Below are positions 1 through 9,424 of a stretch of DNA of 64,000 nucleotides, one piece after another (within the stretch, counting starts at the first letter, position 1; each line of letters opens with the position of its first letter). Position numbers and translations under genes: made by a program. The notes under the pieces are model-generated. The model saw only the letters and a program-made list of their open reading frames with translations. It did no database searches and had not been told where the DNA came from. The stretch lies in NCBI GenBank assembly GCA_964242115.1, contig CAXSZX010000001.1, positions 634,020 through 698,019 on the forward strand, written 5' to 3'. The stretch comes from an uncultured Acetobacteraceae bacterium. GTDB lineage: Bacteria > Pseudomonadota > Alphaproteobacteria > Acetobacterales > Acetobacteraceae.

Positions 1-1
1 C

Positions 2-940
2 GGGCTGCAGCAGGCCGACGCCAAGATCGTCTCGCGCGCCGAATGGCCGCAGGCGCCGTCGTTCCCGAAAAAAAGTGTGATCCTGCCCGCGGTGTTCGTC
101 GCCAGCTGCCTGGTCGCCGCCCTGCTCGTGCTGGCGGTGGAAAGCCTGGACCAGGGCTTCAGCACGCTCGAACAGCTCGAAGCCGCGCTGGGCTTTCCGG
201 CACTCGGCCTCATCCCGCTGCTCAAGCGCCGCGAGGCCCGTCGGCGCGCGCCGGAACGCCACGTGCTGGACCGCCCGACATCGCCGTTCGGCGAGGCGAT
301 CCGCAACCTGCACACCGGCCTGATGCTGACCGGGCTGGAGCGGGCGCCAAAGGTGATCCTGATGACCTCGGCGCTGCCAAACGAGGGCAAGACGGCCGTC
401 TCGCTGTCCATGGCGCGCATGATGGCGAGCTGCGGCAAGCGGGTGGTCATCGTGGACTGCGACCTGCGGCGCCCCTCGCTGCACAAGGCGCTGAACACGC
501 CGCGCGGCCCGGGCCTGACCGACTGCCTGAAAAAAAGCGCCGAGCTCGAAGACGTGCTGGTCGTCGACCCGCTTTCCGGCGCGCACGTGCTGCCGGCCGG
601 AACCCTCGGCAACACCGCGCCGGACCTGTTCGCCTCGGCGGCCATGCGGCGTCTGGTGGGCCAGCTGTCGGACCTCTACGACCTCGTCGTGCTGGACTGC
701 GCGCCGGTGCTCGCCTTGTCCGACACGCGCCACCTGTGCAGGCTCGCCGACCAGACCGTGTTCATCGTGCGCTGGCAGGAGACGCGCTGCCAGGCCGCCG
801 CGGCCGCCCTGCGCCAGGTGGTCAGCGCCGGCGGGCGCGTGGGCGGCCTGCTGCTGTCGATGGTCGACCTGGACCAGTATAGCCGCTACTCGACGCTGGG
901 CGTCACCCAGCGCCGCATCGGCCTGTATCTGACCCAATGA
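2..940 (+). CDS. Polysaccharide co-polymerase / tyrosine autokinase (Wzc/ExoP-type), C-terminal part; 5-prime truncated by the window start
   Basis: Frame is open from position 2. Transmembrane segment (VILPAVFVASCLVAALLVLAV) is followed by a ParA/MinD-like kinase domain with Walker A (SALPNEGKT) and DCD(L)RRP. Confidence 0.75.
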   Translation, partial: GLQQADAKIVSRAEWPQAPSFPKKSVILPAVFVASCLVAALLVLAVESLDQGFSTLEQLEAALGFPALGLIPLLKRREARRRAPERHVLDRPTSPFGEAIRNLHTGLMLTGLERAPKVILMTSALPNEGKTAVSLSMARMMASCGKRVVIVDCDLRRPSLHKALNTPRGPGLTDCLKKSAELEDVLVVDPLSGAHVLPAGTLGNTAPDLFASAAMRRLVGQLSDLYDLVVLDCAPVLALSDTRHLCRLADQTVFIVRWQETRCQAAAAALRQVVSAGGRVGGLLLSMVDLDQYSRYSTLGVTQRRIGLYLTQ

Positions 941-970
941 TACCAGCGGCCTCGGCCCTTTCGGAGTTTG

Positions 971-1112
971 GCAAGGAAGCAAGGCCTTCTTTTCTGAAGA
1001 AAAGAAGCAAAAGACTTTTGGTCCGGCTGTCGCGGAGTTTCCTTCAGCCAGTACTCCAGGGAACAAAAGTTTTTTGGTTCTTTTTTTCAAAAAAGAACCG
1101 CTTGCTTTGCCT
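971..1112. repeat. MITE/REP-like palindromic element, copy R1
   Basis: Left hairpin arm CTTCTTTTC-TGAA-GAAAAGAAG, core GCTGTCGCGG, right arm GGTTCTTTTTTT-C-AAAAAAGAACC. Lies 30 bp after the stop of the Wzc-like gene. Confidence 0.85.
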
Positions 1113-1141
1113 GTCACCGGCCAAAACCTGAGACGGATGGT

Positions 1142-2287
1142 ATGAGAGGCACGATGCGCGTCGCGTTGCTGCAGAACTTCGTAGCGCCCTACAGGGTCCT
1201 CTTCTACGAGCGGCTCGCCGCCAAGGTCGGCGCGTTCCGCGTGTTCGTCTCCACGCCGATGGAGAGCGACCGCAACTGGGCGGTTGAATGGGGCACGCTG
1301 GACGTGGCCGTGCAACGCAACCTGACGCTGCACCGGCCGTACCGCGACAGCCTCGGCTTCTCGCGCGTGCTGCAGCTCCACGTGCCGTACGACACCATCC
1401 CGCGCCTGCTGCGATTCCGCCCGGACGCGGTCATCTCGGTGGAGCTCGGCGCGCGCAGCCTACAGGCGGTGCTCTATAAAAAGCTGCGGCCGCGCGTGCG
1501 CCTGCTGATCTGGTGCAAGCTGTCCGAACACAGCGAGCGCAACTGGGGACGCGCGCGCACCGCGCTCCGGCGCTACATCCTCGGCCATGCCGACGCCGTG
1601 CTGGTCAACGGCGAGAGCGGCGCGCGCTACGTGGCCCGCTTTGGCGTGCCGGACCACGCCATCCACCGCATCAACCAGCCGGTCGATGTCAGCCGTTTTG
1701 CCGCGGTGCCCCGCACCCGCGACGAGGGCCTGGCCTGCCGCCTGCTGTGTGCCGGCACGCTGACCGCGCGCAAGGGACTGGTGCCGTTCGTCCAAGCCGT
1801 CATCGCCTGGGCGCGGGCCAACCCGGACCGCCAGGTCGAGATCTGGTGGCTGGGCGACGGCGAGCTTGCCGGCGAGCTCGCCGCCCAGGTTCTGCCGCCC
1901 AACCTCACGCAGCGTTTCTGCGGCGCCGTGCCCTACGACGACATGCCGGCCTACTACGCCCAGTGCGACCTGCTCGCCTTTCCGAGCCTACTCGACGAAT
2001 GGGGCCTGGTGGTCAACGAGGCGATGGCGGCCGGCCTGCCGGTGCTGGGCAGCGTGCTGGCCCAGGCGGTCACCGAACTGGTGGAGGATGGCCAGACCGG
2101 CTGGACGTTCGACCCTTCCGACCCGGCCGCCATGCGACAGGCCATCGAGCGCACACTCGATACGCCGCCGGACAGGATGGCGGCGATGCGCGCGCTGGCG
2201 CGCCGGCGTATCGCGAGGCTGACGCCGGAGAGCGCTGCGGCTCGGATTGCAGATGCGCTTGAAGCGAAGCAAGCAGTTCTTTTTTGA
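1142..2287 (+). CDS. Glycosyltransferase family 4 (EPS biosynthesis)
   Basis: 381-aa ORF with GT4-like C-terminal domain (E..GLVVNEAMAAGLPVLGS). The stop codon TGA lies inside repeat copy R2. Confidence 0.75.
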   Translation: MRGTMRVALLQNFVAPYRVLFYERLAAKVGAFRVFVSTPMESDRNWAVEWGTLDVAVQRNLTLHRPYRDSLGFSRVLQLHVPYDTIPRLLRFRPDAVISVELGARSLQAVLYKKLRPRVRLLIWCKLSEHSERNWGRARTALRRYILGHADAVLVNGESGARYVARFGVPDHAIHRINQPVDVSRFAAVPRTRDEGLACRLLCAGTLTARKGLVPFVQAVIAWARANPDRQVEIWWLGDGELAGELAAQVLPPNLTQRFCGAVPYDDMPAYYAQCDLLAFPSLLDEWGLVVNEAMAAGLPVLGSVLAQAVTELVEDGQTGWTFDPSDPAAMRQAIERTLDTPPDRMAAMRALARRRIARLTPESAAARIADALEAKQAVLF

Positions 2288-2408
2288 AAAAAAGAACCAA
2301 AAAACTTTTGACTCCGCTGTCGCGCGCTCGCCGGGGAAAACCGCGACAGCCGCAGTGAAAGCTTTTTGCTTCTTTTCTCGAAAAAGAAGGCCTTCGCTTC
2401 CTTCCGTC
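2266..2408. repeat. MITE/REP-like element, copy R2
   Basis: Both hairpin arms are present. The core forms a palindrome (CTGTCGCG...CGCGACAG). Supplies the TGA stop of the glycosyltransferase. Confidence 0.85.
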
Positions 2409-2428
2409 GACTGCAGCAGGACACGCAG

Positions 2429-3637
2429 ATGCAAAATGAACTGCAACGTTTCTACGAGTTCGACTGGTCCACTGCGGAACCCCTCGGCCAGTTCCAGACG
2501 AAATCGCGCGCCGGCCTGATCGAGCGCGTGGCCAGCGAGGTGTTCGCCGGCTGCAACGTGCTGACCATCAGGGGATGCCGCGGCGTCGGCAAGACCCATG
2601 TCGGCCGCCATCTGGTGTCGCTGTTGCGAACGCATGGCTATGCCGTCGTCTGCGCCAGCGGGGCCGTGCACGGTGTCGCACAGATGCAAAGCCTCCTCGC
2701 GCAGGCTGCGGCCAGCGCCGAGCGCGGCTCGCATCGGCTGGTCCTGGTCGTGGACGACGCGAAGGCGTGCCCGGAAGCGGTATTTTCATACGTCTGGTCG
2801 CTCGTCGCCCGGCGTCCCGGAGCGCCGCCGATACAGCTCGTCCTGCTGGGCGAGGTCGGGCCCTGGCCGGGCCTTAACGAGCCCGGCCTGGAGGACCTGC
2901 GGGAGGCCACCACGTCGTGCTACATCCTTACCCCCTTCGAGGAGGACGAGGCCGCCGCCTACGTGCGTGACAAGCTCGGGCGCCACAAGCTCGGGCAGGC
3001 GGGGCGGCGAGGGCGGATCAGCCGTGTCGCGTTGCGCACCCTGATCGGCCAGTCACACGGCGTGCCGGCGTTGTTGGACGCGCTGGTCTTCGACGCGCTG
3101 GTGCAGACCGAGAAACTGCGCAAGCTCAGCGCCGCACCTGCAAGGCGGCCGAGCGGCGCCGCACCGGCAAAGTTACCGAGCGCCGAGCCCGCCCGCCCGC
3201 GTTGGACGCCACGGCTTCCATCCATGGCCCTGGCCGCCACCGTCAGCGTCGCGCTGATCGCCACGCTGGCCGCCACCGCTCTCGCCCCACCGCGGGCGAA
3301 CCCCCTTGTGGTGCGGCTGCCAAGCGCCGTCCGGTTGCTGGCGTCCACGCGCATGCTGCCTGTTCAAGCGGCGGTCTACACGTCGCTCGCGCCGCTGCCG
3401 GCACGGACCGTCGAGGCAAACGCCGCCGACCCTGTGAATCAGGATGCCGGACGGGTCGGGCCCGGCCTCGTTCTCGTCGCCGCCGCGGGGGACGACATGA
3501 GGATGCTCTACGACAAGGTGTATCGAGGCGTGACACCGCCGCCCTACCGCGCCGTGCTGGCCGTCAACCGGTCGCCGTTAAAAGCAGGTGGGCTGGTCGC
3601 GTTTCCTGAGCCACCGCACGGCTGGTCGTCGCGCTGA
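2429..3637 (+). CDS. ExeA-like AAA ATPase, as found in EPS/exosortase-type loci
   Basis: P-loop GCRGVGKTH plus a Walker B-like LVLVVDDA. The N-terminal 21 aa of the track ORF are repeat-derived, so the start is placed at MQNELQRF. Confidence 0.65.
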   Translation: MQNELQRFYEFDWSTAEPLGQFQTKSRAGLIERVASEVFAGCNVLTIRGCRGVGKTHVGRHLVSLLRTHGYAVVCASGAVHGVAQMQSLLAQAAASAERGSHRLVLVVDDAKACPEAVFSYVWSLVARRPGAPPIQLVLLGEVGPWPGLNEPGLEDLREATTSCYILTPFEEDEAAAYVRDKLGRHKLGQAGRRGRISRVALRTLIGQSHGVPALLDALVFDALVQTEKLRKLSAAPARRPSGAAPAKLPSAEPARPRWTPRLPSMALAATVSVALIATLAATALAPPRANPLVVRLPSAVRLLASTRMLPVQAAVYTSLAPLPARTVEANAADPVNQDAGRVGPGLVLVAAAGDDMRMLYDKVYRGVTPPPYRAVLAVNRSPLKAGGLVAFPEPPHGWSSR

Positions 3638-3651
3638 CGACTAGAAAGCGG

Positions 3652-3790
3652 GCAAGGAAGGCAAGGCCTTCTTTTCTGAAGAAAAGAAGCAAAAGACTTC
3701 TTTCCCTGCTGTCGCGAAGGTTCTGCAGCACGTACCCAAGTGAGCAAAAGTTTTTTGGTTCTTTTTTCAAAAAAGAACCGCTTGCCTTTC
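3652..3790. repeat. MITE/REP-like element, copy R3 (canonical)
   Basis: Nearly identical to R1; 15 bp after the ATPase stop. Confidence 0.9.
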
Positions 3791-3825
3791 TGTTACAGCT
3801 CAACTGCCGCCGCACGCGTCGTCGG

Positions 3826-4272
3826 TCAGTCTGCTGCCAGGCCGTGCTGCTTCAGCCAGGCAGCCCGCGCTGCGGGCTCGTTCGGAGAAAAGTGCAGACG
3901 CACCTGCACGCCTCGCACATCGCGCGTCAGCACCTTCAGGAAAGAAAGGTTCGGCACCGTGACGTCCAGGACCGCAGGGGCCGACCACGCCAGAAGCGGC
4001 CGACTCTCCGCGTATCCTCCCGTATCGACACCGAGCACGGCCACCCCATCAGGCGCCGTGCCCGGTCCGACCAGCCTGACCGTTGCGGTCACGTCCGAAC
4101 CGGAGTCGCCGCCGCACACCGCTTCGTCCACCAAGGCCTGAAACGGGCCGGACGGTTCTGCAAGGCGGGCGACGATCGCGTGCGTGCAACCCTCGCCGGT
4201 CTGCGCTGCGCAGCACGGCATCCCGAATGCGCAAATCACTCCGGCAGCCAGGAGGATTTGCAAAAACGGCAT
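3826..4272 (-). CDS. Hypothetical secreted protein (N-terminal signal peptide)
   Basis: 148-aa ORF beginning MPFLQILLAAGVICAFG. Its start overlaps the stop of the upstream ORF at 4272. Confidence 0.4.
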   Translation of the reverse strand: MPFLQILLAAGVICAFGMPCCAAQTGEGCTHAIVARLAEPSGPFQALVDEAVCGGDSGSDVTATVRLVGPGTAPDGVAVLGVDTGGYAESRPLLAWSAPAVLDVTVPNLSFLKVLTRDVRGVQVRLHFSPNEPAARAAWLKQHGLAAD

Positions 4273-4790
4273 TACGATGTTGTGGGCTTGATCCGCCCTG
4301 TTTCGATCAGCTTGAAGCCGGTTTCGGTGTTGGCGACGTTACGCGCCGGCAGATGGGTGTACGTCTGATCCATCAGCGTGCCGGCAGTATATCGGCTGTG
4401 TCTAGCGGCATAGCTGTTCTGGATGCCAAGGATTTCGGCACGCTTTATCCCTGAAGATGCCGCGTAGAGCCCGATCGCCACGGTCGCGTAGTCGACGAAC
4501 TCGGCATGAAAATGTCCGCCGATACGCTGTGCGTCCCAATCGCCACCTTGCCTGAACCTGGCGAGTTCGAAGGCTGCGTGTTCGAGGATCGTCAGGCCGC
4601 CGCCGCTGCTGTCCAGGTAGCTGTACCGCAGCAGCATCTCGTAATAGCGCCTATCCAGCGCGCCCTGATTGACAAAGACGTGCGGGTCCAGACCTGCAGG
4701 CCTCAGCATGGGCCTGCCTTGTGCGTCTTGGACTGCCTGGTTCGCGTCGTCCAGGAACGCGACGGACGCCTCTTTCGGGCTGGGCGGCAT
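4272..4790 (-). CDS. Hypothetical protein
   Basis: ORF 4272..4910 trimmed to MPPSPKEAS because the upstream codons derive from repeat R4. No family recognised. Confidence 0.4.
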   Translation of the reverse strand: MPPSPKEASVAFLDDANQAVQDAQGRPMLRPAGLDPHVFVNQGALDRRYYEMLLRYSYLDSSGGGLTILEHAAFELARFRQGGDWDAQRIGGHFHAEFVDYATVAIGLYAASSGIKRAEILGIQNSYAARHSRYTAGTLMDQTYTHLPARNVANTETGFKLIETGRIKPTTS

Positions 4791-4822
4791 TCTGTTCCTC
4801 GCGTCATGGACAGTGCAGTCAG

Positions 4823-4951
4823 GCAAGCAGTTCTTTTTTGAAAAAAAGAACCAAAAAACTTTTGTTCCCTTGGGCGCGTGCTGCAGAAACCTCCGCGACA
4901 GCGGGGACAAAAGCTTTTTGCTTCTTTTTCTCGAAAAAGAAGCGCTTGCCT
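4823..4951. repeat. MITE/REP-like element, copy R4
   Basis: Arms plus a CGCGACAG core (inverted orientation). Confidence 0.85.
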
Positions 4952-6566
4952 AAACCTTGCTAGCCTCCTCGGCCACCAGCTCCTTCTTCGACAGCTTGCC
5001 GATCATCGTCTTAGGCAGCTCGTCACGTATTTCCACCTCGCGCGGCAGCTCGATCTTGCTGACGTAATCACCGAGAAAAGCGCGCAGCTCTTCGGCCGTC
5101 GCCGTGGTCCCGTCCTTCAACGTCACGAACGCTTTCGGCGCCTGGCCACGATACGCATCCGGCACGCCGATCACCGTCGCCTCGCGCACCGAGGGGTGCT
5201 GGTACAGCGCTTCCTCCAGCACGCGTGGATACACGTTGTAGCCGCCGCAGATGATCAGGTCCTTGATGCGGTCGACGATGAACAGGTAGCCGTCCTCGTC
5301 GAGGTAGCCGACGTCGCCGGTGCGCAGGCTCCCGTCGATCATCACACGCGCCGTCTCGTCGGGGCGGTTCCAGTAGCCGCGCATCACCTGCGGACCGCGG
5401 ATGCAGATCTCGCCGCGCTCGCCCTGCGGCATCAGGCGGGAGGGGTCGTCCAGCCCGCGTATCTCGATGGTGGTCTCCGCCATCGGCAGGCCGGCCGAGC
5501 CGTCCTTGTAGGTGCGGCCAGGTGGCGTGACACTGACCGAGGGCGAGGTCTCCGACAGGCCGTAGCCCTCCATCAGCCAGCAGCCGGTCATCGCCATGAA
5601 GCGGCTGCGCAGCTCCATTGGCAACGGCGCGCCGCCCGAGCAGCACACCTGCACGCAGCTGAGGTCCAGGTTCGCCTTGTGAGCGGCCTCGGTCAGCGCG
5701 CCGAAGATGGTGGGCACGGCGGGCAGGATAGTGGGCCGGCAGCGCGCGATGGTGGCCAGCACCTGGGCCAGTTCGAAGCGCGGCAGCAGCACCAGGGCGG
5801 CCGCACTCTGCACGCCGGCGAGCATCACCGAGGTCAGCGCGAAGACGTGGAACAGCGGCAGCACGCCGAGGATGCTGTCGGCCCCGCGCGGCCGGCTGCC
5901 GATCGCCATCCAGTTCTGCATGGCGTTGGCGGTGAGGTTGGCGTGTGTCAGCTCGGCGCCCTTCGGCACGCCGGTGGTGCCGCCGGTGTACTGCAGCACC
6001 GCGACGCTGGCCGGGTCGATCGTCACGGCGTCGGGCACCGCGGTGCCGCGCATGACGGCGGTCGCGCGCAGCGAGACGCCGTCGTCCGGCACGGACGCGA
6101 TCTCCGCCCGTTTGGCGATGCGGAACGCCTGGCCCTTCAGCCAGGGCAGCGCGTCGGCGAGGGAGCAGACGACGATCCGGCGCAGACCGGTGCGCGACGC
6201 CACCGCCGCCACCTTCGGGTAGACCGCTTTGAGGTCGATGGTGACCATCACCTCGGTGCCCGAATCGGTAATCTGGTGGGCCAGCTCGCGCTCGACGTAG
6301 AGCGGGTTGAAGTTGACCACGATGCCGCCGGCGCGCAGCACGGCGAAGAAGAACACCACCGAGTGCGGCGTGTTGGGCAGGCACAGCCCCACGCGGGTGC
6401 CGGGTGCGACGCCGATGTCCTGCAGGCCGCGCGTCGCCCGCGTCACTGCTTCGTCCAGCTGCCGGTAGGTCCAGCGCCTGCCCATGAAGTCGATGGCGGG
6501 CCGGTCCGGGAAATCGCGCACCGCGTCCTCGAGCAGGGCGGGCACTGGGCGGGCGGCGATCGGCAT
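4950..6566 (-). CDS. AMP-dependent synthetase/ligase (long-chain fatty acid-CoA ligase-like)
   Basis: 538 aa with AMP-binding motifs YTGGTTGVPKGAELTH, GYGLSE and TGDVGYLDEDGYLFIVDRIKDLI. Confidence 0.85.
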   Translation of the reverse strand: MPIAARPVPALLEDAVRDFPDRPAIDFMGRRWTYRQLDEAVTRATRGLQDIGVAPGTRVGLCLPNTPHSVVFFFAVLRAGGIVVNFNPLYVERELAHQITDSGTEVMVTIDLKAVYPKVAAVASRTGLRRIVVCSLADALPWLKGQAFRIAKRAEIASVPDDGVSLRATAVMRGTAVPDAVTIDPASVAVLQYTGGTTGVPKGAELTHANLTANAMQNWMAIGSRPRGADSILGVLPLFHVFALTSVMLAGVQSAAALVLLPRFELAQVLATIARCRPTILPAVPTIFGALTEAAHKANLDLSCVQVCCSGGAPLPMELRSRFMAMTGCWLMEGYGLSETSPSVSVTPPGRTYKDGSAGLPMAETTIEIRGLDDPSRLMPQGERGEICIRGPQVMRGYWNRPDETARVMIDGSLRTGDVGYLDEDGYLFIVDRIKDLIICGGYNVYPRVLEEALYQHPSVREATVIGVPDAYRGQAPKAFVTLKDGTTATAEELRAFLGDYVSKIELPREVEIRDELPKTMIGKLSKKELVAEEASKV

Positions 6567-6568
6567 GG

Positions 6569-6898
6569 CTATTTCTGCATGTTGCGGGTGCCGGCGGGCA
6601 GGCGGACGGTCAGCCCGTCCAGCTCCGGCGTCATCACGATCTGGCAGCCGAGCCGGCTGGTCGATTGCAGGCCGAAGGCGAGGTCGAGCATGTCCTCCTC
6701 GTCCTCCGTCGCCTTGGCCAGCTTGCCGTACCAGGCCGGGTCCACCACCACGTGGCAGGTGGAGCAGGCCAGCGAGCCCTCGCAGGCGCCCTCGATGTCC
6801 ACGCCGTATTTGTGCGCCACCTCCAGCACCGACAGGCCGAGCGGCGCGTCCACTTCGCGTGCGGTGCCGTCGCGCTCGACGAAGGTCATCTTGGGCAT
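6569..6898 (-). CDS. fdx: 2Fe-2S ferredoxin (adrenodoxin/Fdx type)
   Basis: 109 aa, [11 protein letters not shown]..., with cysteine motif [12 protein letters not shown]...C. The remainder of track ORF 6569..7771 is spurious. Confidence 0.8.
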   Translation of the reverse strand: MPKMTFVERDGTAREVDAPLGLSVLEVAHKYGVDIEGACEGSLACSTCHVVVDPAWYGKLAKATEDEEDMLDLAFGLQSTSRLGCQIVMTPELDGLTVRLPAGTRNMQK

Positions 6899-6903
6899 GT
6901 GCG

Positions 6904-8073
6904 TCAGGCCTCTGCGTGTTCCGGGGTGTGGACCGGACGGGACAGGCGCGCGTGTGCGCCGGCCAGCGCGTCCGCGGCTGCGTCGATGTCGGCGGCCGAG
7001 GTAAATCGTCCGATACCTATGCGCAAGCTGCGCGCGGCCTCCTCGCGGGTCAGCCCCATGGCGGTCAACACGGTGCTCGGCGCCACCTCTGCCGAGCTGC
7101 AGGCCGAACCGGTGGAGACGCAGACCGACGGCACCGCCGCGATCAGGTCCAGCGAGCGCAGGCCGGGCAGGCGCAGGCTGAGGTTGCCGGCCACGCGCGG
7201 CGCGCCGGCGTTGTTGTGCACCAGGCCTGGGATCCCCGCCTGCAGCCTGGCCGCCAACCGGTCGCGCAGCGCGCCGATGCGGGCGGCTTCCTCGGCCAGC
7301 CCCGCCTGCGCCAGCCGGCACGCGAGCCCGAACCCCACCACCAGCGGCGTGGGCAGGGTGCCGGAGCGCAAGCCGCGTTCCTGGCCGCCGCCGGAGAACA
7401 GCGGCGCCAGGCGCACCCGCGGGCGGCGGCGGACGTAGAGCGCGCCCACCCCCTTGGGCCCGTACACCTTGTGTGCGCTCAGCGAGGCTAAATGCAGGCC
7501 GAGCCCGCCCATATCCAGCGGGATTTTGCCGGCGGCCTGCGCCAGGTCGGCATGCACCAGAGCGCCGGCTGCCCGGGCGAGGGCAGCGATGGCTGCGAGG
7601 TCCTGGATCACGCCCGTCTCGTTGTTCACCGCCATCACGCTGACCAGCAGCGTGGGCGTGCGCAGCGCGTGGGCCAGCCGCTCCAGGTCCAGCAGGCCGC
7701 TGCGCTCCACTGGCAGCACCACCGGCTCGAAACCCTCCGCGGCCAGGTCGCGCACGCTTTCCAGGACGCATTTATGCTCGGTCGCCAGGGTGACAACGCG
7801 GCGCGGGCCGGCGACGCCGGCGTGCCTGGCGGCGCCCTTGATGGCCAGGTTGTTGGCCTCAGTGGCGCCGGAGGTCAGCACCACCTCGCGCGGTTCGGCG
7901 CCGAGCAGGGCGGCCACCTGCGCGCGGGCTGCTTCCACGGCGCCGGCGGCACGCTGGCCGGCCGCGTGCTCGGCGCTGTGCGGGTTGCCGAAATCCTCGC
8001 TGAACCAGGGCAGCATGGCGGCCACCACGGCCGGGTCGCACTGCGTGGTGGCCTGGTTGTCGAGGTAGATCAT
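6904..8073 (-). CDS. Cysteine desulfurase (NifS/IscS family), paralog 1
   Basis: [11 protein letters not shown]..., PLP-lysine motif [10 protein letters not shown] and active-site GSACSS. The start is taken at the internal ATG 8071-8073. Confidence 0.8.
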   Translation of the reverse strand: MIYLDNQATTQCDPAVVAAMLPWFSEDFGNPHSAEHAAGQRAAGAVEAARAQVAALLGAEPREVVLTSGATEANNLAIKGAARHAGVAGPRRVVTLATEHKCVLESVRDLAAEGFEPVVLPVERSGLLDLERLAHALRTPTLLVSVMAVNNETGVIQDLAAIAALARAAGALVHADLAQAAGKIPLDMGGLGLHLASLSAHKVYGPKGVGALYVRRRPRVRLAPLFSGGGQERGLRSGTLPTPLVVGFGLACRLAQAGLAEEAARIGALRDRLAARLQAGIPGLVHNNAGAPRVAGNLSLRLPGLRSLDLIAAVPSVCVSTGSACSSAEVAPSTVLTAMGLTREEAARSLRIGIGRFTSAADIDAAADALAGAHARLSRPVHTPEHAEA

Positions 8074-9152
8074 GCGGCCACCATGGCACGCCCGGCGGGC
8101 AGTGCGGCGTAGGCCTCGGCGAAGCGGTCGATGTCGGCCTCGGTCGCGTCCCACGGCAGCGAGACGCGGATGGCACAGCCGGCGAGCTCGCCCAGCCCCA
8201 TCGCGTCGAGCACGTGGCTGCGCGCCACCTTGCCCGAGCTGCAGGCGGCCCCTGCCGAGACCGCGATCCCGGCGAGGTCGAGCGCCATCACCTGCAGGTC
8301 CGCGCGCAGGCCGGGCCGCGCGAGGCAGGTGGTGTTGGGCAGGCGCGCGCCGCCGCCGCACACCACCGCGCCGCAGGAAACGGCTGCCGCCTCCGCCCGG
8401 TCGCGCAGCTTGCGGAGGTGCTCGGCGCCTTCAACGGCGGCAGCGGCGGCGGCGGCGGCGAAACCGGCGATCGCCGGCAGCGCCTGCGTACCGCCGCGCC
8501 GGCCGCGTTCCTGCCCGCCGCCGGCAACCTGCGGTGCCACGTGGCTGCCCGGCGCCAGCACGAGGGCACCGGCGCCTTTCGGGCCGCCCAGCTTGTGGCC
8601 GGACAGTGCGAGGCTGTCGGCACCCAGGGCGGCCAACGACACGCCGATGCGCCCGGCCGCCTGCACCGCGTCCACGTGCAGCAGGGCCCCATGCGCACGG
8701 CAGACGGCCGCCGCTTCGGCGACGGGGTGGATCACCCCGGTCTCGTTGTTGGCCAGCATCAGGCACACCAGAGCCGGCCCGTGAGACAGCAATTCGGCTA
8801 GGCAAGCCAGGTCGGCCTGCCCGTCCGCGTGCACCAGCAGCGTTTCAGCACCCGGCGCAGCCGACCTCACAGCATCGTGTTCCGTGGCGCAAACGATGAT
8901 TCTCCGGCCTGCAGACAGCCCTACGATGGCCAGCGCGTTGGCTTCCGTGCCGCCGGAGGTGAACACGATGTCGGCTGGACCGGCGCCCACCAACGTCCCG
9001 ATCACGCTGCGCGCGTCTTCCAGAACCCGCCGTGCAGCACGTCCGGCGCTGTGTACGGAGGACGGATTGCCCACCAGGTTGAGCGCGCGCAGCACCGCAT
9101 CGCGTGCCTGCGGGCGCAGCCTCTCGGTGGCGTTGGCGTCGAGGTAAATCAT
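8070..9152 (-). CDS. Cysteine desulfurase (NifS/IscS family), paralog 2
   Basis: MIYLDANATE..., SGHKLGGPKG, GAACSSG. Overlaps paralog 1 by 4 bp (ATGA). Confidence 0.8.
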   Translation of the reverse strand: MIYLDANATERLRPQARDAVLRALNLVGNPSSVHSAGRAARRVLEDARSVIGTLVGAGPADIVFTSGGTEANALAIVGLSAGRRIIVCATEHDAVRSAAPGAETLLVHADGQADLACLAELLSHGPALVCLMLANNETGVIHPVAEAAAVCRAHGALLHVDAVQAAGRIGVSLAALGADSLALSGHKLGGPKGAGALVLAPGSHVAPQVAGGGQERGRRGGTQALPAIAGFAAAAAAAAVEGAEHLRKLRDRAEAAAVSCGAVVCGGGARLPNTTCLARPGLRADLQVMALDLAGIAVSAGAACSSGKVARSHVLDAMGLGELAGCAIRVSLPWDATEADIDRFAEAYAALPAGRAMVAA

Positions 9153-9424
9153 CGCAGGACTGCATATCGCATGGCCCGAAGATGTGGACCCATGCGTCCT
9201 CAACATGAAGGGTGCCGCCGATTTCAGTGTTAACCTGTGCCGTCGTCTGCCTATATTTAGGGCTGGCCGTGACCGGCCCGGCTAGGCGCCAGGCAGGATA
9301 GTATGGCGTCCGTTTTCATCGACAAGCGTCCGCATTGGGCAAGGCAGTGCCCGGGCGGAAATGTCCGTTACCACCTGAGGTATCCGCCCTGCTCTGGCGA
9401 GGCCTGTGGAAGAACGAAGAAACT

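Noticed and set aside
1513-2262. 249-aa and other overlapping ORFs within the glycosyltransferase gene
   Set aside because: Alternative frames of a GC-rich gene.
5068-6384. 438-aa minus ORF overlapping the AMP ligase in another frame
   Set aside because: Alternative GC frame. The AMP-binding motifs are in the 4950..6566 frame.
6569-7771. 400-aa track ORF extending the ferredoxin upstream
   Set aside because: The ferredoxin is the last 109 codons. The upstream Arg/Gly/Ala-rich part is antisense to the cysteine desulfurase.
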